The notes beneath the pieces were generated by a model, which was not told the origin of the DNA, ran no database searches, and worked only from the letters and a program-made list of their open reading frames with translations. From the NCBI GenBank assembly GCA_963667325.2, contig CAXXKY010000005.1, positions 260,579-324,578 of the forward strand: a DNA stretch of 64,000 nucleotides. Reading direction: 5' to 3'. Positions 30,391-39,372 of this stretch are shown piece after piece; within the stretch, counting starts at the first letter, position 1, and the number at the start of each line of letters is the position of its first letter. The DNA comes from Dehalococcoidia bacterium (GTDB lineage: Bacteria; Chloroflexota; Dehalococcoidia; Lucifugimonadales; UBA3495). The translations under genes were made by a program, and so were the position numbers.

Positions 30391-33207
30391 ATGACCAGCG
30401 TTACTCCCGAACAACGAGCGAGGGCCAACATCGACCGGCTGCTGGAGCTGTCGGGGTGGACGGTGCAGGACCTCGCCGCCCTGAACGTCCATGCAAACCG
30501 CGGCGTGGCGGTGCGGGAGATTCCGCTGCGTAGCGGCCACGGCACCGCAGACTACCTGCTGTATGTGGACGGCAAGGCGGCCGGCGTGGTCGAGGCCAAG
30601 CCCGTGGGCCACACGCTGACGGGCGTTGAGGCGCAATCAGGAAAGTACGGCGCGGGCCTGCCGGACAACCTGCCCTGCTTCGTACGTCCGCTGCCGTTCC
30701 TGTACGAGAGCACTGGCTCGGAGACGCGGTTCACCAACGGGCTGGACCCTCAACCCCGCAGCCGGAACGTGTTCTCCTTCCACAAACCGGAGACACTGGC
30801 GGAGTGGCTGGATACATCCACTGCCTCCTGGGACCCAGGGCAGCGGCTGGCTGCGGAAACCCAGGCTCCATACTCTGCTACATACAGCCTGCGCCACATG
30901 CTCACCACCATGCCGCCGCTGGACGACTCCGGCCTCTGGTCGGTGCAGGCGGAGGCCATTCGCAACCTGGAGCAGTCGCTGGCCGAGGCTCGCCCGCGCT
31001 CGCTGGTGCAGATGGCAACCGGCAGCGGCAAGACGTTCATGGCTTGCAACCAGGTGTACCGCCTCATCAAGCACGCGGGTGCGCGCCGGGTGCTGTTCCT
31101 AGTTGACCGCAGCAACCTGGGGCGACAGACGCTGCGGGAGTTCCAGGGCTTCACTGTCCCCGGCGACGGACGCAAGTTCACCGAACTCTACAACGTCCAG
31201 CTTTTGCAATCGAACAGCATCGACCCGGTGAGCAAGGTCTGCATCTCCACCATCCAGCGGGTCTACTCAATGCTGAGGGGCGAGGAACTGGACCCGGAGC
31301 TGGAGGAGGCGTCCGGTTACGACGTGGCGACTGCCCGATCATCACCGCAGACTGTGGAGTACAGCCGGAACTTTCCCATAGAGGAGTTTGACTTCATCAT
31401 CACGGACGAGTGCCACCGCTCGATCTACGACCTGTGGCGGCAGGTGCTGGAGTACTTCGACGCCTTCCTCATCGGGCTCACGGCCACGCCGTCCAAGCAG
31501 ACCATGGGCTTCTTCAACCAGAACCTGGTCATGGAGTACAACCATCAGCAGGCGGTCGTCGACGGCGTCAACGTCCCCTACAACGTCTATCGCATCGAAA
31601 CGAAAATCACGGATGAGGGCTCCTCCATCGAGGCTGGCATGTCGGTGGACCGTCGGGACCGCCGCACCCGTAAGGTTCGCTGGGAGGAGCTGGAAGAGGA
31701 ACTGCCCTATACCTCCAGCCAGCTCGATCGCGAGGTGGTGTCAGAGGACCAGATCCGCACGGTTATCCAGACCTTCCGCGACAGGGTGACCACCGAGATA
31801 TTCCCCGGCCGGGAGCACGTGCCCAAGACCATCATTTTCGCCAAGGACGACAGCCACGCCGACGACATCGTAAACATCGTGCGTGAGGAGTTCGCCAAGG
31901 GCAACGAGTTCTGCCAGAAGATCACCTACCGCACGACCGGGGCCAAGCCCGAGGACCTGATCACGCAGTTCCGCAACAGCTTCAATCCCCGCATCGTGGT
32001 GACCGTGGACATGATCGCGACCGGCACCGACATCAAGCCCGTCGAGATCGTGTTTTTCATGCGCAACGTGCGGAGCCGTAACTTTTTCGAGCAGATGAAG
32101 GGGCGCGGCGTTCGCAGAATCTCACAGACGGACTTCAACCAGGTGACGCCGGACGCCACAGACAAGGAACGCTTCGTCATCGTGGATGCCGTGGGTGTCA
32201 CCGAGAGTGAGCTGGGCGAGTCCTTCTCGCTGGACCGCAAGCCATCGGTTCCCTTCGACAAGCTGCTGGACCTGGTGGCCATGGGCAACCGGGAGCCGGA
32301 CACGCTGTCGTCGCTGGCCAGCCGCCTGGCCCGGCTGGACCGGCGGCTCTCGCCCCAGGACAAGCAGGCGGTGGAGTCGGTGGCCGACGGCGCGACGCTG
32401 AAAGAACTGGTATCGAATCTGGTGAATGCCACCGACCCTGACGAGTCGCTGAAAGCAGCACGGCAGGCAACTGGACAGGACGACCCGCCGGAGGAGGCCA
32501 TCGCCAAAGCGGAAAAGGAGCTGCTGGATTCGGCGGCCAAGCCCTTCGCCGCCAACCCGGAGCTGCGGCAGCGACTGATCGACATCCACCGAGCCTACGA
32601 GCAGACCATTGACACGGTGTCGCAGGACACGGTGCTGCGGGCCGAGTTTTCCGGCGCTGAGGCCGACGAACTCACCCGCTCCTTCCGCGAGTACATTGAG
32701 GAACACCGCGATGAGATCACGGCCCTGCAGGTGCTGTACCAGCGGCCCTACAGCCAGCGCCTCAGCTACGCCGACATCCGGGCCCTGGCCGCCGCGCTGC
32801 AGAGCCCGCCACGCTCTTGGACTCCGCCGCGGCTGTGGGACGCCTACCGGCAACTCGACCAGTCGCGGGTGCGCGGCTCCAGCCAGCGGGTGCTGGCCGA
32901 CATCGTGTCGCTGGTGCGCTACGCCGTCGGCCACGAGGGCGAACTGGCTCCCTTCGCCGAGCAAGTGGAGGAGCGGTTCCGGGGCTGGCTGGCGACGCAG
33001 GAGATCGCCGGGCGGGAGTTCACCGACGAACAGCGCCAGTGGTTGGAGGACATCAAGGACCACATCGCCGGCAGCGTCAGCATCGAACCCGCCGACCTCC
33101 AACACGTCCCCTTCGTCCAGCGGGGTGGCATTGGCCGGGCCCACGCCCTCTTCGGCGACGGGCTGGCACCGCTGCTGGAGGAGCTGAACCTGGCGCTGGT
33201 GGGGTAA
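30391..33207 (+). CDS. hsdR: type I restriction enzyme, R subunit
   Basis: 938 aa. N-terminal PD-(D/E)xK nuclease ('ADYLLYVDGKAAGVVEAKP'), SF2 motor ('MATGSGKTF', 'ITDECHRS', 'LTATP') and a long helical C-terminal domain. Confidence 0.9.
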   Translation: MTSVTPEQRARANIDRLLELSGWTVQDLAALNVHANRGVAVREIPLRSGHGTADYLLYVDGKAAGVVEAKPVGHTLTGVEAQSGKYGAGLPDNLPCFVRPLPFLYESTGSETRFTNGLDPQPRSRNVFSFHKPETLAEWLDTSTASWDPGQRLAAETQAPYSATYSLRHMLTTMPPLDDSGLWSVQAEAIRNLEQSLAEARPRSLVQMATGSGKTFMACNQVYRLIKHAGARRVLFLVDRSNLGRQTLREFQGFTVPGDGRKFTELYNVQLLQSNSIDPVSKVCISTIQRVYSMLRGEELDPELEEASGYDVATARSSPQTVEYSRNFPIEEFDFIITDECHRSIYDLWRQVLEYFDAFLIGLTATPSKQTMGFFNQNLVMEYNHQQAVVDGVNVPYNVYRIETKITDEGSSIEAGMSVDRRDRRTRKVRWEELEEELPYTSSQLDREVVSEDQIRTVIQTFRDRVTTEIFPGREHVPKTIIFAKDDSHADDIVNIVREEFAKGNEFCQKITYRTTGAKPEDLITQFRNSFNPRIVVTVDMIATGTDIKPVEIVFFMRNVRSRNFFEQMKGRGVRRISQTDFNQVTPDATDKERFVIVDAVGVTESELGESFSLDRKPSVPFDKLLDLVAMGNREPDTLSSLASRLARLDRRLSPQDKQAVESVADGATLKELVSNLVNATDPDESLKAARQATGQDDPPEEAIAKAEKELLDSAAKPFAANPELRQRLIDIHRAYEQTIDTVSQDTVLRAEFSGAEADELTRSFREYIEEHRDEITALQVLYQRPYSQRLSYADIRALAAALQSPPRSWTPPRLWDAYRQLDQSRVRGSSQRVLADIVSLVRYAVGHEGELAPFAEQVEERFRGWLATQEIAGREFTDEQRQWLEDIKDHIAGSVSIEPADLQHVPFVQRGGIGRAHALFGDGLAPLLEELNLALVG

Positions 33208-33308
33208 ACAGGCATTTCCGCTCTGCATGGGGTCTGTCGGGATGTTTCTTGACCTTTGGCGGGTTGCGACAACAGAATGGAGTAAGACTGTCCCAGGGGG
33301 AATCGGCG

Positions 33309-33536
33309 ATGGCTACAGCGCGGCAGAAGTTTTCCAGCCAGGCCGCACCGGAATTGCTGGAGGGAATGCGGGAGATTGCCCGCAGGGAAGGCAGGCAGTT
33401 TCAGGCAGTACTGGAAGAAGCCATGGCCAGCTACATCGAAAGCAAGGCCCCCGAAGGAGTGCGTCCTGAGTTCATGGCTCACTACCGGGCCAGCCTGGAG
33501 CGAAACCGGTTGCTGGCTCAGTTGCTGGCTCAGTGA
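33309..33536 (+). CDS. ribbon-helix-helix antitoxin (partner of Doc)
   Basis: 75 aa: 'FSSQAAPELLEGMREIARREGRQFQAVLEEAMASYIE'. Its stop overlaps the GTG of the Doc gene (GTGA). Confidence 0.7.
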   Translation: MATARQKFSSQAAPELLEGMREIARREGRQFQAVLEEAMASYIESKAPEGVRPEFMAHYRASLERNRLLAQLLAQ

Positions 33537-33928
33537 GCAGCAACTTTCCGACCATACAGGAGATTGTTGCCGTCCACGAGGACCTGATCGAGCAATTCGG
33601 CGGCCCCCACGGCTTGCGTGATATGGGAGCGCTGGAGTCGGCGCTATACCGTCCACAGATGGGGTACTATGACGGGCTTATCGAGGAAGCCGCTGCTCTG
33701 ATGGAAAGCCTGACCATGAACCATCCGTTCATAGACGGCAACAAGCGGGTGGCTTTTTTCGTAACGGCGGCCTTTCTGATGCAGAACGGCCACTACATAG
33801 ACTGCGACAGTCGGGAAGCCTACGATCATTTCATGCATCTGTTCGATACAAACACCTTCCGGTTTGCCGAAATGAAGGACTGGCTGGAGGGCCATGTCAG
33901 GCCCCTACCGCCGGTCGGGGATGGGTAG
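33533..33928 (+). CDS. doc: Fic/Doc-family toxin (death-on-curing type)
   Basis: 131 aa with the Fic motif 'HPFIDGNKRVAF' and the typical Doc N-terminus 'I..HE.LI..FGG..G.RD.G.LESAL.RP'. Confidence 0.85.
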   Translation: MSSNFPTIQEIVAVHEDLIEQFGGPHGLRDMGALESALYRPQMGYYDGLIEEAAALMESLTMNHPFIDGNKRVAFFVTAAFLMQNGHYIDCDSREAYDHFMHLFDTNTFRFAEMKDWLEGHVRPLPPVGDG

Positions 33929-33940
33929 AGGGGATTACCG

Positions 33941-34201
33941 ATGAAGTATGTGGCAACAATTGGCAAGAGTGGCAACGGCTATGCGGCGCACCTGCCCGAT
34001 CTGCCCGGCTGCAGCGATGCCGCAGATACCTTCAAGGAAACCCGTAACCCTATGGAAGAGGCCACCAACTTTCACGTCGAAGGGATGATTGAGGATGGCG
34101 AGACCATCCCCCAACCCAACTACTACTTCGCCGTGGAAGTCGAGGTTGAAGTGCCAACCATCGATGTGCCGCAACAGGCCGCCGTTGAGAGCGGAGGATG
34201 A
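33941..34201 (+). CDS. HicB-like (UPF0150) antitoxin-fold protein, no HicA partner in the window
   Basis: 86 aa: 'YAAHLPDLPGC...G.T.EE......EA...H.EGM.EDGE.IP'. Its stop overlaps the hsdS ATG (ATGA). Confidence 0.7.
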   Translation: MKYVATIGKSGNGYAAHLPDLPGCSDAADTFKETRNPMEEATNFHVEGMIEDGETIPQPNYYFAVEVEVEVPTIDVPQQAAVESGG

Positions 34202-35724
34202 TCCAGCCGGAACTCCCCGCAGGCTGGGCTCTCGCCACCCTCGGAGTTATTTGCGACAAACCGGAATACGGTTGGACCACGAAAGCCGTTGTTGATCGAG
34301 GCGCGCTGAAACTCCTACGGACTACCGACATTTCGAAAGGCCCCATTGACTGGTCAAAGGTTCCCTACTGTGAGCAAGAACCTCCATCGCCAGAGAAATA
34401 TCTCCTATCCGACGGCGATATTGTCATTTCCAGGGCCGGTTCTGTTGGCCTTAGCGCACTAATCTCAAACTGCCCTGACGCTGTTTTCGCATCATACCTA
34501 ATCCGGTTCAGGGCTAATTCCAAGCTGGAAAAAAAGTACCTGAATTATTTCCTTTCGAGTCCGTCATATTGGGAACAAATCTCCCAAGAGTCCGCGGGCA
34601 TTGCCCTGCAAAACGTCAACGCCAAGAAGCTGTCGAACATTACCCTCCCCCTCCCGCCCCTGGCCGAGCAGCGGCTCATTGTGGCGGAGATCGAGACGCA
34701 GTTCACTCGGCTGGACGCGTCTGTGACGGCGCTGCGGCGGGCGCAGGCCAACCTGAAGCGCTACCGGGCCAGCGTCCTCAAGGACGCCTGTGAGGGCCGC
34801 CTGGTCCCCGCCGAGGCGGAGTTGGCCCGCTCCGAGGGCCGCGAGTACGAATCTGCCGACGTCTTGCTGGAGCGCATCCTGGCCGAGCGCCGCGCCCGAT
34901 GGGAGTCGCAAGAGAAGCGGCGGGGCAAGTACAAGGAACCCTCCGCCCCCGACACCTCCGCACTGCCGGAGCTGCCAGAGGGCTGGGTGTGGGCGAGTTT
35001 GGAAGCGATTTCCGAACTCAAGGGAGGCGTTACCAAGGGGCAACGTTATGCAAGCGAGCAAACGCTCCGAGAAGTCCCGTACTTGAGGGTTGCAAACGTA
35101 CAGAGAGGGTTTTTGGACTTGGACCGAGTCACGACCATAGAGACATCCGAGAAGAATATAGAGCGGCTGCGACTAAAGGCCGGGGACGTTCTGTTCACTG
35201 AAGGTGGCGACAGGGACAAACTCGGTCGTGGTTGGGTTTGGAAAGGCGAAATCGAAGGATGCATCCATCAGAACCATGTTTTCAGATCTCGACCGTTCTC
35301 AAACAGCGTTATTCCGGAGTTTGTATCTTGGTGGGGAAATTCGTTTGGCCAAGATTTCTTTTCGCGGTTCGGAAAGCAAACCACGAATCTGGCTTCAATT
35401 AACCTGACAGTTCTTTCTCAATTCCCCATTCCCGTCCCGCCGCTGGTGGAACAGCGGCGCATCGTTGCGGAGGTGGAGCGGCGGCTGTCGGTGGTGCAGC
35501 AGGCGGATGCGACGGTGGAGGCAAGCCTGGCCCGGGCGGAGCGGCTGCGGCAGAGTATCCTCAAGAAGGCGTTCTCCGGCAGGCTGGTGCCCCAGGACCC
35601 CGACGACGAGCCGGCGTCGGTGCTGCTGGAGCGCATCAGGGCCGAGCGCGAGGCGGAAGCGCAGGCATCGGCTGCCAGCAAGGGCAAGTCCCAACGGCGT
35701 GGCAAAAGGAAGGCGACGGCATGA
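34198..35724 (+). CDS. hsdS: type I restriction-modification specificity subunit
   Basis: 508 aa with two target-recognition domains. They are separated and followed by the conserved helices 'PLPPLAEQRLIVAEIE...' and 'PVPPLVEQRRIVAEVE...'. Confidence 0.9.
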   Translation: MIQPELPAGWALATLGVICDKPEYGWTTKAVVDRGALKLLRTTDISKGPIDWSKVPYCEQEPPSPEKYLLSDGDIVISRAGSVGLSALISNCPDAVFASYLIRFRANSKLEKKYLNYFLSSPSYWEQISQESAGIALQNVNAKKLSNITLPLPPLAEQRLIVAEIETQFTRLDASVTALRRAQANLKRYRASVLKDACEGRLVPAEAELARSEGREYESADVLLERILAERRARWESQEKRRGKYKEPSAPDTSALPELPEGWVWASLEAISELKGGVTKGQRYASEQTLREVPYLRVANVQRGFLDLDRVTTIETSEKNIERLRLKAGDVLFTEGGDRDKLGRGWVWKGEIEGCIHQNHVFRSRPFSNSVIPEFVSWWGNSFGQDFFSRFGKQTTNLASINLTVLSQFPIPVPPLVEQRRIVAEVERRLSVVQQADATVEASLARAERLRQSILKKAFSGRLVPQDPDDEPASVLLERIRAEREAEAQASAASKGKSQRRGKRKATA

Positions 35725-37199
35725 CGACCTCGGTGGACATCGGTCAGAAGCTCTGGAACTACTGCAACATCCTGCGCGACGCCGGGCTGTCCTACGGCGA
35801 CTACCTGGAGCAGCTCACCTACCTCATCTTCCTCAAGATGATGGACGAGCGCAGCCGCCCGCCCTTTACCCTGCTGCCGGACTACCAGCCGCCGCCCATC
35901 CCCGAGGGCTACCGCTGGCCCGACCTGCTGGCCCTCGACGGCGCCGAGCTGGAGACCCACTATCGCCGCACCCTGGAGACGCTGGGCAAACAGCCCGGCA
36001 CCCTGGGCGTCATCTTCGGCAAAGCCCAGAACCGCATCCAGGAGCCGGCCATGCTGACCCGGCTGGTGCAGGAGTTGATCAACAGCGAGGACTGGCTGCA
36101 ACTCAGCGCCGACGTGAAGGGCGACGCCTACGAGTCGCTGCTGGAACGCAACGCCCAGGACGTGAAGACCGGCGCCGGGCAGTACTTCACGCCGCGCCCG
36201 CTGATTCGGGCCATCGTGGACGTGATGCACCCCGGCCCCGATGACAGCATCTGCGACCCGGCCTGCGGCACCGGCGGCTTCCTGCTGGCCGCCCACGACT
36301 ACATTGTCGCCGAAAATCCGTCCATGGACCGGGACCAGCGGGAGCGGCTGCAGCGCGACGCCCTGCACGGCTGGGAGATCGTGGACAGCGCGGCGCGGCT
36401 CTGCGCCATGAACCTGTACCTCCACGGCATCGGCGGCGACGAGACCAACATCACCGTGGACGACAGCCTGCGGGCCCATCCGGGGGTCAACTACGACCTG
36501 GTGCTGACCAACCCGCCCTTTGGCCGCAAGTCGTCGCTGACCTTCGTCAACAGCGAGGGCGAGACTGAGCGGGAGACGCTGACGGTGGAACGCCCCGACT
36601 TCTGGGCCACCACCAGCAACAAGCAGCTCAACTTCCTCCAGCACGTTCGCACGCTGCTGAAGAACACCGGGAGCGCGGCCATAGTGGTGCCGGACAACGT
36701 GCTGTTCGAGGGCGGCGCCGGGGAGACGGTGCGCCGCCGCCTGCTGGCCGAGTGCGACGTCCACACACTGCTGCGGCTGCCCACGGGCATCTTCTACGCC
36801 CAGGGTGTCAAGGCCAACGTGCTGTTCTTCGACCGCAAGCCGGCCGCCGAGACACCGTGGACGCGGGAGCTGTGGATCTACGACCTGCGCACCAACCGCC
36901 GTTTCACGCTGAAGGCCAACCCGCTGACCCGCGCCGACCTCGACGACTTCGTGGCCTGCTACAACCCGGAGAGCCGCCTCCAACGCGAGGAGACCGAGCG
37001 CTTCCGCCGCTTCACCTATGACGATCTGGTCAAGCGCGACAAGGCCAACCTCGACATCTTCTGGCTCCGCGACGAGAGCATGGAGGACACCGCCGCCCTC
37101 CCCCCGCCCGACGTCATCGCCGCCGAGATCCTGGAGGACCTACGCGCCGCCCTCGAGCAGCTGGAGGAGATCGCGGGGGACTTGGGGACGGATCCTTAG
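35721..37199 (+). CDS. hsdM: type I restriction-modification N6-adenine DNA methyltransferase
   Basis: HsdM N-domain, AdoMet motif 'DPACGTGGFL' and catalytic 'LTNPPFG'. Its ATG overlaps the hsdS stop. Confidence 0.9.
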   Translation: MTTSVDIGQKLWNYCNILRDAGLSYGDYLEQLTYLIFLKMMDERSRPPFTLLPDYQPPPIPEGYRWPDLLALDGAELETHYRRTLETLGKQPGTLGVIFGKAQNRIQEPAMLTRLVQELINSEDWLQLSADVKGDAYESLLERNAQDVKTGAGQYFTPRPLIRAIVDVMHPGPDDSICDPACGTGGFLLAAHDYIVAENPSMDRDQRERLQRDALHGWEIVDSAARLCAMNLYLHGIGGDETNITVDDSLRAHPGVNYDLVLTNPPFGRKSSLTFVNSEGETERETLTVERPDFWATTSNKQLNFLQHVRTLLKNTGSAAIVVPDNVLFEGGAGETVRRRLLAECDVHTLLRLPTGIFYAQGVKANVLFFDRKPAAETPWTRELWIYDLRTNRRFTLKANPLTRADLDDFVACYNPESRLQREETERFRRFTYDDLVKRDKANLDIFWLRDESMEDTAALPPPDVIAAEILEDLRAALEQLEEIAGDLGTDP

Positions 37200-37333
37200 C
37201 GTAGAATGTCATCTGGATCTGCACTACGGTGGGGTGCCAGACACCAGTTGGGCGTTGGTCCGGTTTTCTTGTTACTCCGAATCGAGGTTCTACGGATTGG
37301 TCGTAAGGATGCCCTCCGTCTTCATGATCTTGG

Positions 37334-37945
37334 TCAGTTGGATCCGAGGTTGCTCACGAGACCGGGCATCCATTCGACGGCCTCGGGGTAGTAGGCGAGA
37401 TCTAGGACGAGCTCCTGCCCTCTGCCAACGCTCCGCAGGTAGGCGTGGTTTGCGTCCCGACGCCAGCGTCTGCGGTCGGGATGGTAGGTCAAAGGCGGCT
37501 TGTTGCCGTCTGGATAGAACCACCGGGGGATCCGCCATTGCGAAACACCCGGACCGTTGGGGTCAGTCAGGACCAGCCGTCGGTCGAACTTGGGGAACAC
37601 TCCCCAGCCGGCGATGTCTAACTGGTCGTCACCGCCCAGGTCCAGTTTTGTTGACGCCGCGTAGACGGTGTTCTTGTCGTCGCGGTAATTCGATAAGAGG
37701 TGTGGATGATGGAACGCCCACGATAGGTCATTTGGCCCGAGGTCGGCCACCCGATACTTCTGGTCGACGTGGAGCCAGCCCCACAGGACGTGGAGTTCCG
37801 GAGCCCCTCTGACGAAACGCCACCCTTGGGAGGTTTGCTCAACTCGGCGGTAGAAGCCGAAGAACAGGAAGACGTCGCCGCTGCCGACGCCCTGTCTGTC
37901 GAGATAGCCCTGCGCGGTGCCGACTTGGCCGAGCATGCTCGCCAC
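37334..37945 (-). CDS. hypothetical protein, probably the 3' part of a gene disrupted upstream (frameshift plus IS5 insertion)
   Basis: 203-aa ORF (GTG start) with 'GDVFLFFGFYRRVE...HVLWGWLHV'. A plausible peptide, LDPDLDFDSYRYRKDRPAWQQW, lies directly upstream in another frame and runs up to the IS boundary at 38007/38008. Confidence 0.5.
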   Translation of the reverse strand: MASMLGQVGTAQGYLDRQGVGSGDVFLFFGFYRRVEQTSQGWRFVRGAPELHVLWGWLHVDQKYRVADLGPNDLSWAFHHPHLLSNYRDDKNTVYAASTKLDLGGDDQLDIAGWGVFPKFDRRLVLTDPNGPGVSQWRIPRWFYPDGNKPPLTYHPDRRRWRRDANHAYLRSVGRGQELVLDLAYYPEAVEWMPGLVSNLGSN

Positions 37946-38007
37946 TGCTGCCAGGCAGGTCGGTCCTTCCGGTATCGGTACGAGTCGAAGTCAAGGTCGG
38001 GGTCTAG

Positions 38008-39067
38008 GAATCCTCTGAACAAGGGGGTTTTGGTCTGGGTTGTGTTTGATGGAGTTGCATAACGGAGTGGGGACTGCGGCCTGGTGCTTGCCAGCCGGCA
38101 CTCGGCCCATTGGGTTTCCTCCCCGACCGTGCTGCTTGAGGCTTGATGGGCCTCGAGACCGGCGTTGTCCCGCAGCAATTGCGCACTACGCCGCCAGTTG
38201 GCCCTCCGCCGTCAGCAGATTGCCCAGCCCGAACAACAAGGCCAGCCGCTCCATGTTCTTCTCCAGTCCCCGGTACCGAACCTTGCCGTAACCGAACAAT
38301 CCCTTCAGCCTCAGGAAAGGATGCTCCACCTTGGCCCTCACCGACGCTTTCGCCTTCTCCTGCAGTGCCTCTAGGCTCCCAGGCTCCAGCCTCCGCCGAC
38401 TCCCCGGACGCATTGCCACCTGCCATTCCACCTCAAGACCCAGGTTCTCCTCCCGCTTGTCGACTCCCTGATACCCGGCGTCGCCCCACACCACCCTCTC
38501 GCCCCCGTGCAGCAGTTTGCGCGTCTGCGTAACATCGTGAGCGTTGGCCGCCGTGGCCGTCATGCTGTGGACTATGCCCGTACCGGCGTCCGCCCCAATA
38601 TGCGCCTTCATCCCGAAATGCCACTGGTTCCCCTTCTTGGTCTGATGCATCTCCGGATCCCGCTCCCCAGTACTGTTCTTGGTGGTCTCGTCGGGCAGGG
38701 GACCCGAGAGCTTCAGCCCTGTGAACCGCCGCACCGGGACCGACTCGTAGAGCAAATCCTCCATGCCCGGGTCGCTGAGATTGTAGAAGAGTTGGACGCA
38801 GTGGACCCTCAGCATGACGGACAGCGGGTAGGGCTGTATCCCCCTTCCGGCCTTGGGGTAGAAGGGACGGATGCGGTCCTCCAGCAACTGCCAGGGAATC
38901 AGAGCGTCCATTCGCTCCAAGAACAGCTCCCGGCGGGTCTTGCGTTTCTTGCCCTGGTATTCCAGGTCAGCAAAGGTGGGCTGGTCCATCTGCCTTCACT
39001 CCCTCAACAAACACCGGCTGGTTCTACATAACTATCCCACATCTCGCCCGCCTTGTTCAGACGACTC
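38008..39067 (-). mobile_element. IS5-family element, internally deleted copy (1,060 bp)
   Basis: Ends gaatcctctgaacaag (38008-38023) and cttgttcagacgactc (39052-39067). Perfect 4-bp target duplication CTAG at 38004-38007 and 39068-39071. Confidence 0.85.
38186..38989 (-). CDS. IS5-family transposase lacking 49 internal residues
   Basis: 267 aa, about 95% identical to the 316-aa copy at 51995-52945. It is missing 'ILNFRH...GTIVDATIIEAPSST'. Confidence 0.8.
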   Translation of the reverse strand: MDQPTFADLEYQGKKRKTRRELFLERMDALIPWQLLEDRIRPFYPKAGRGIQPYPLSVMLRVHCVQLFYNLSDPGMEDLLYESVPVRRFTGLKLSGPLPDETTKNSTGERDPEMHQTKKGNQWHFGMKAHIGADAGTGIVHSMTATAANAHDVTQTRKLLHGGERVVWGDAGYQGVDKREENLGLEVEWQVAMRPGSRRRLEPGSLEALQEKAKASVRAKVEHPFLRLKGLFGYGKVRYRGLEKNMERLALLFGLGNLLTAEGQLAA

Positions 39068-39372
39068 CTAGAGCAGGAGGGCGGCGGCCAGCAGGCTGGG
39101 CGGGACGCTGTCCCAGTCGGTTTCTGCGCAGTAGGACAAAGCGAAATCGGCGTCCCGGAACTACTGGCTCCGCAGCGAGGCCAGCAAACCGTAGGGGTTG
39201 ACCACTCCACAGGGTCAAGATGCAGCCGGTTCCGAACGCTCTTCCAAGACTCTCAGCCCTCGCTACGCTAGTCGCGTTTGTTGACCCCAAGTTCAGGCAG
39301 AGACGGAGAGACCCCACTGTCAGGCTAGATTTCTAGGCGCCCTGTTACACTAGACTATGGCCGGTTGAAAAC

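Noticed and set aside
35418-36983. 521-aa minus-strand ORF opposite hsdM. Similar cases are 32122-33228 opposite hsdR, 45003-45938 opposite cas8e, 13968-15089 opposite hisS and 15552-16502 opposite panE.
   Set aside because: They are antisense shadow ORFs of GC-rich genes. Their composition is Arg/Gly/Ala/Pro-rich with low complexity, they show no motifs, and the sense-strand genes have unambiguous family signatures.
37018-37812. 264-aa plus-strand ORF (Arg/Pro/Ser-rich) running from the end of hsdM across the convergent 203-aa gene
   Set aside because: It is low-complexity, overlaps the hsdM 3' end out of frame and is antisense to a better ORF. It has no start context.
39057-39317. 86-aa and 68-aa minus-strand ORFs crossing the IS5 boundary
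   Set aside because: They fuse IS terminal sequence with flanking DNA. At most they contain remnants of the gene disrupted by the IS (see the finding for 37334-39330).
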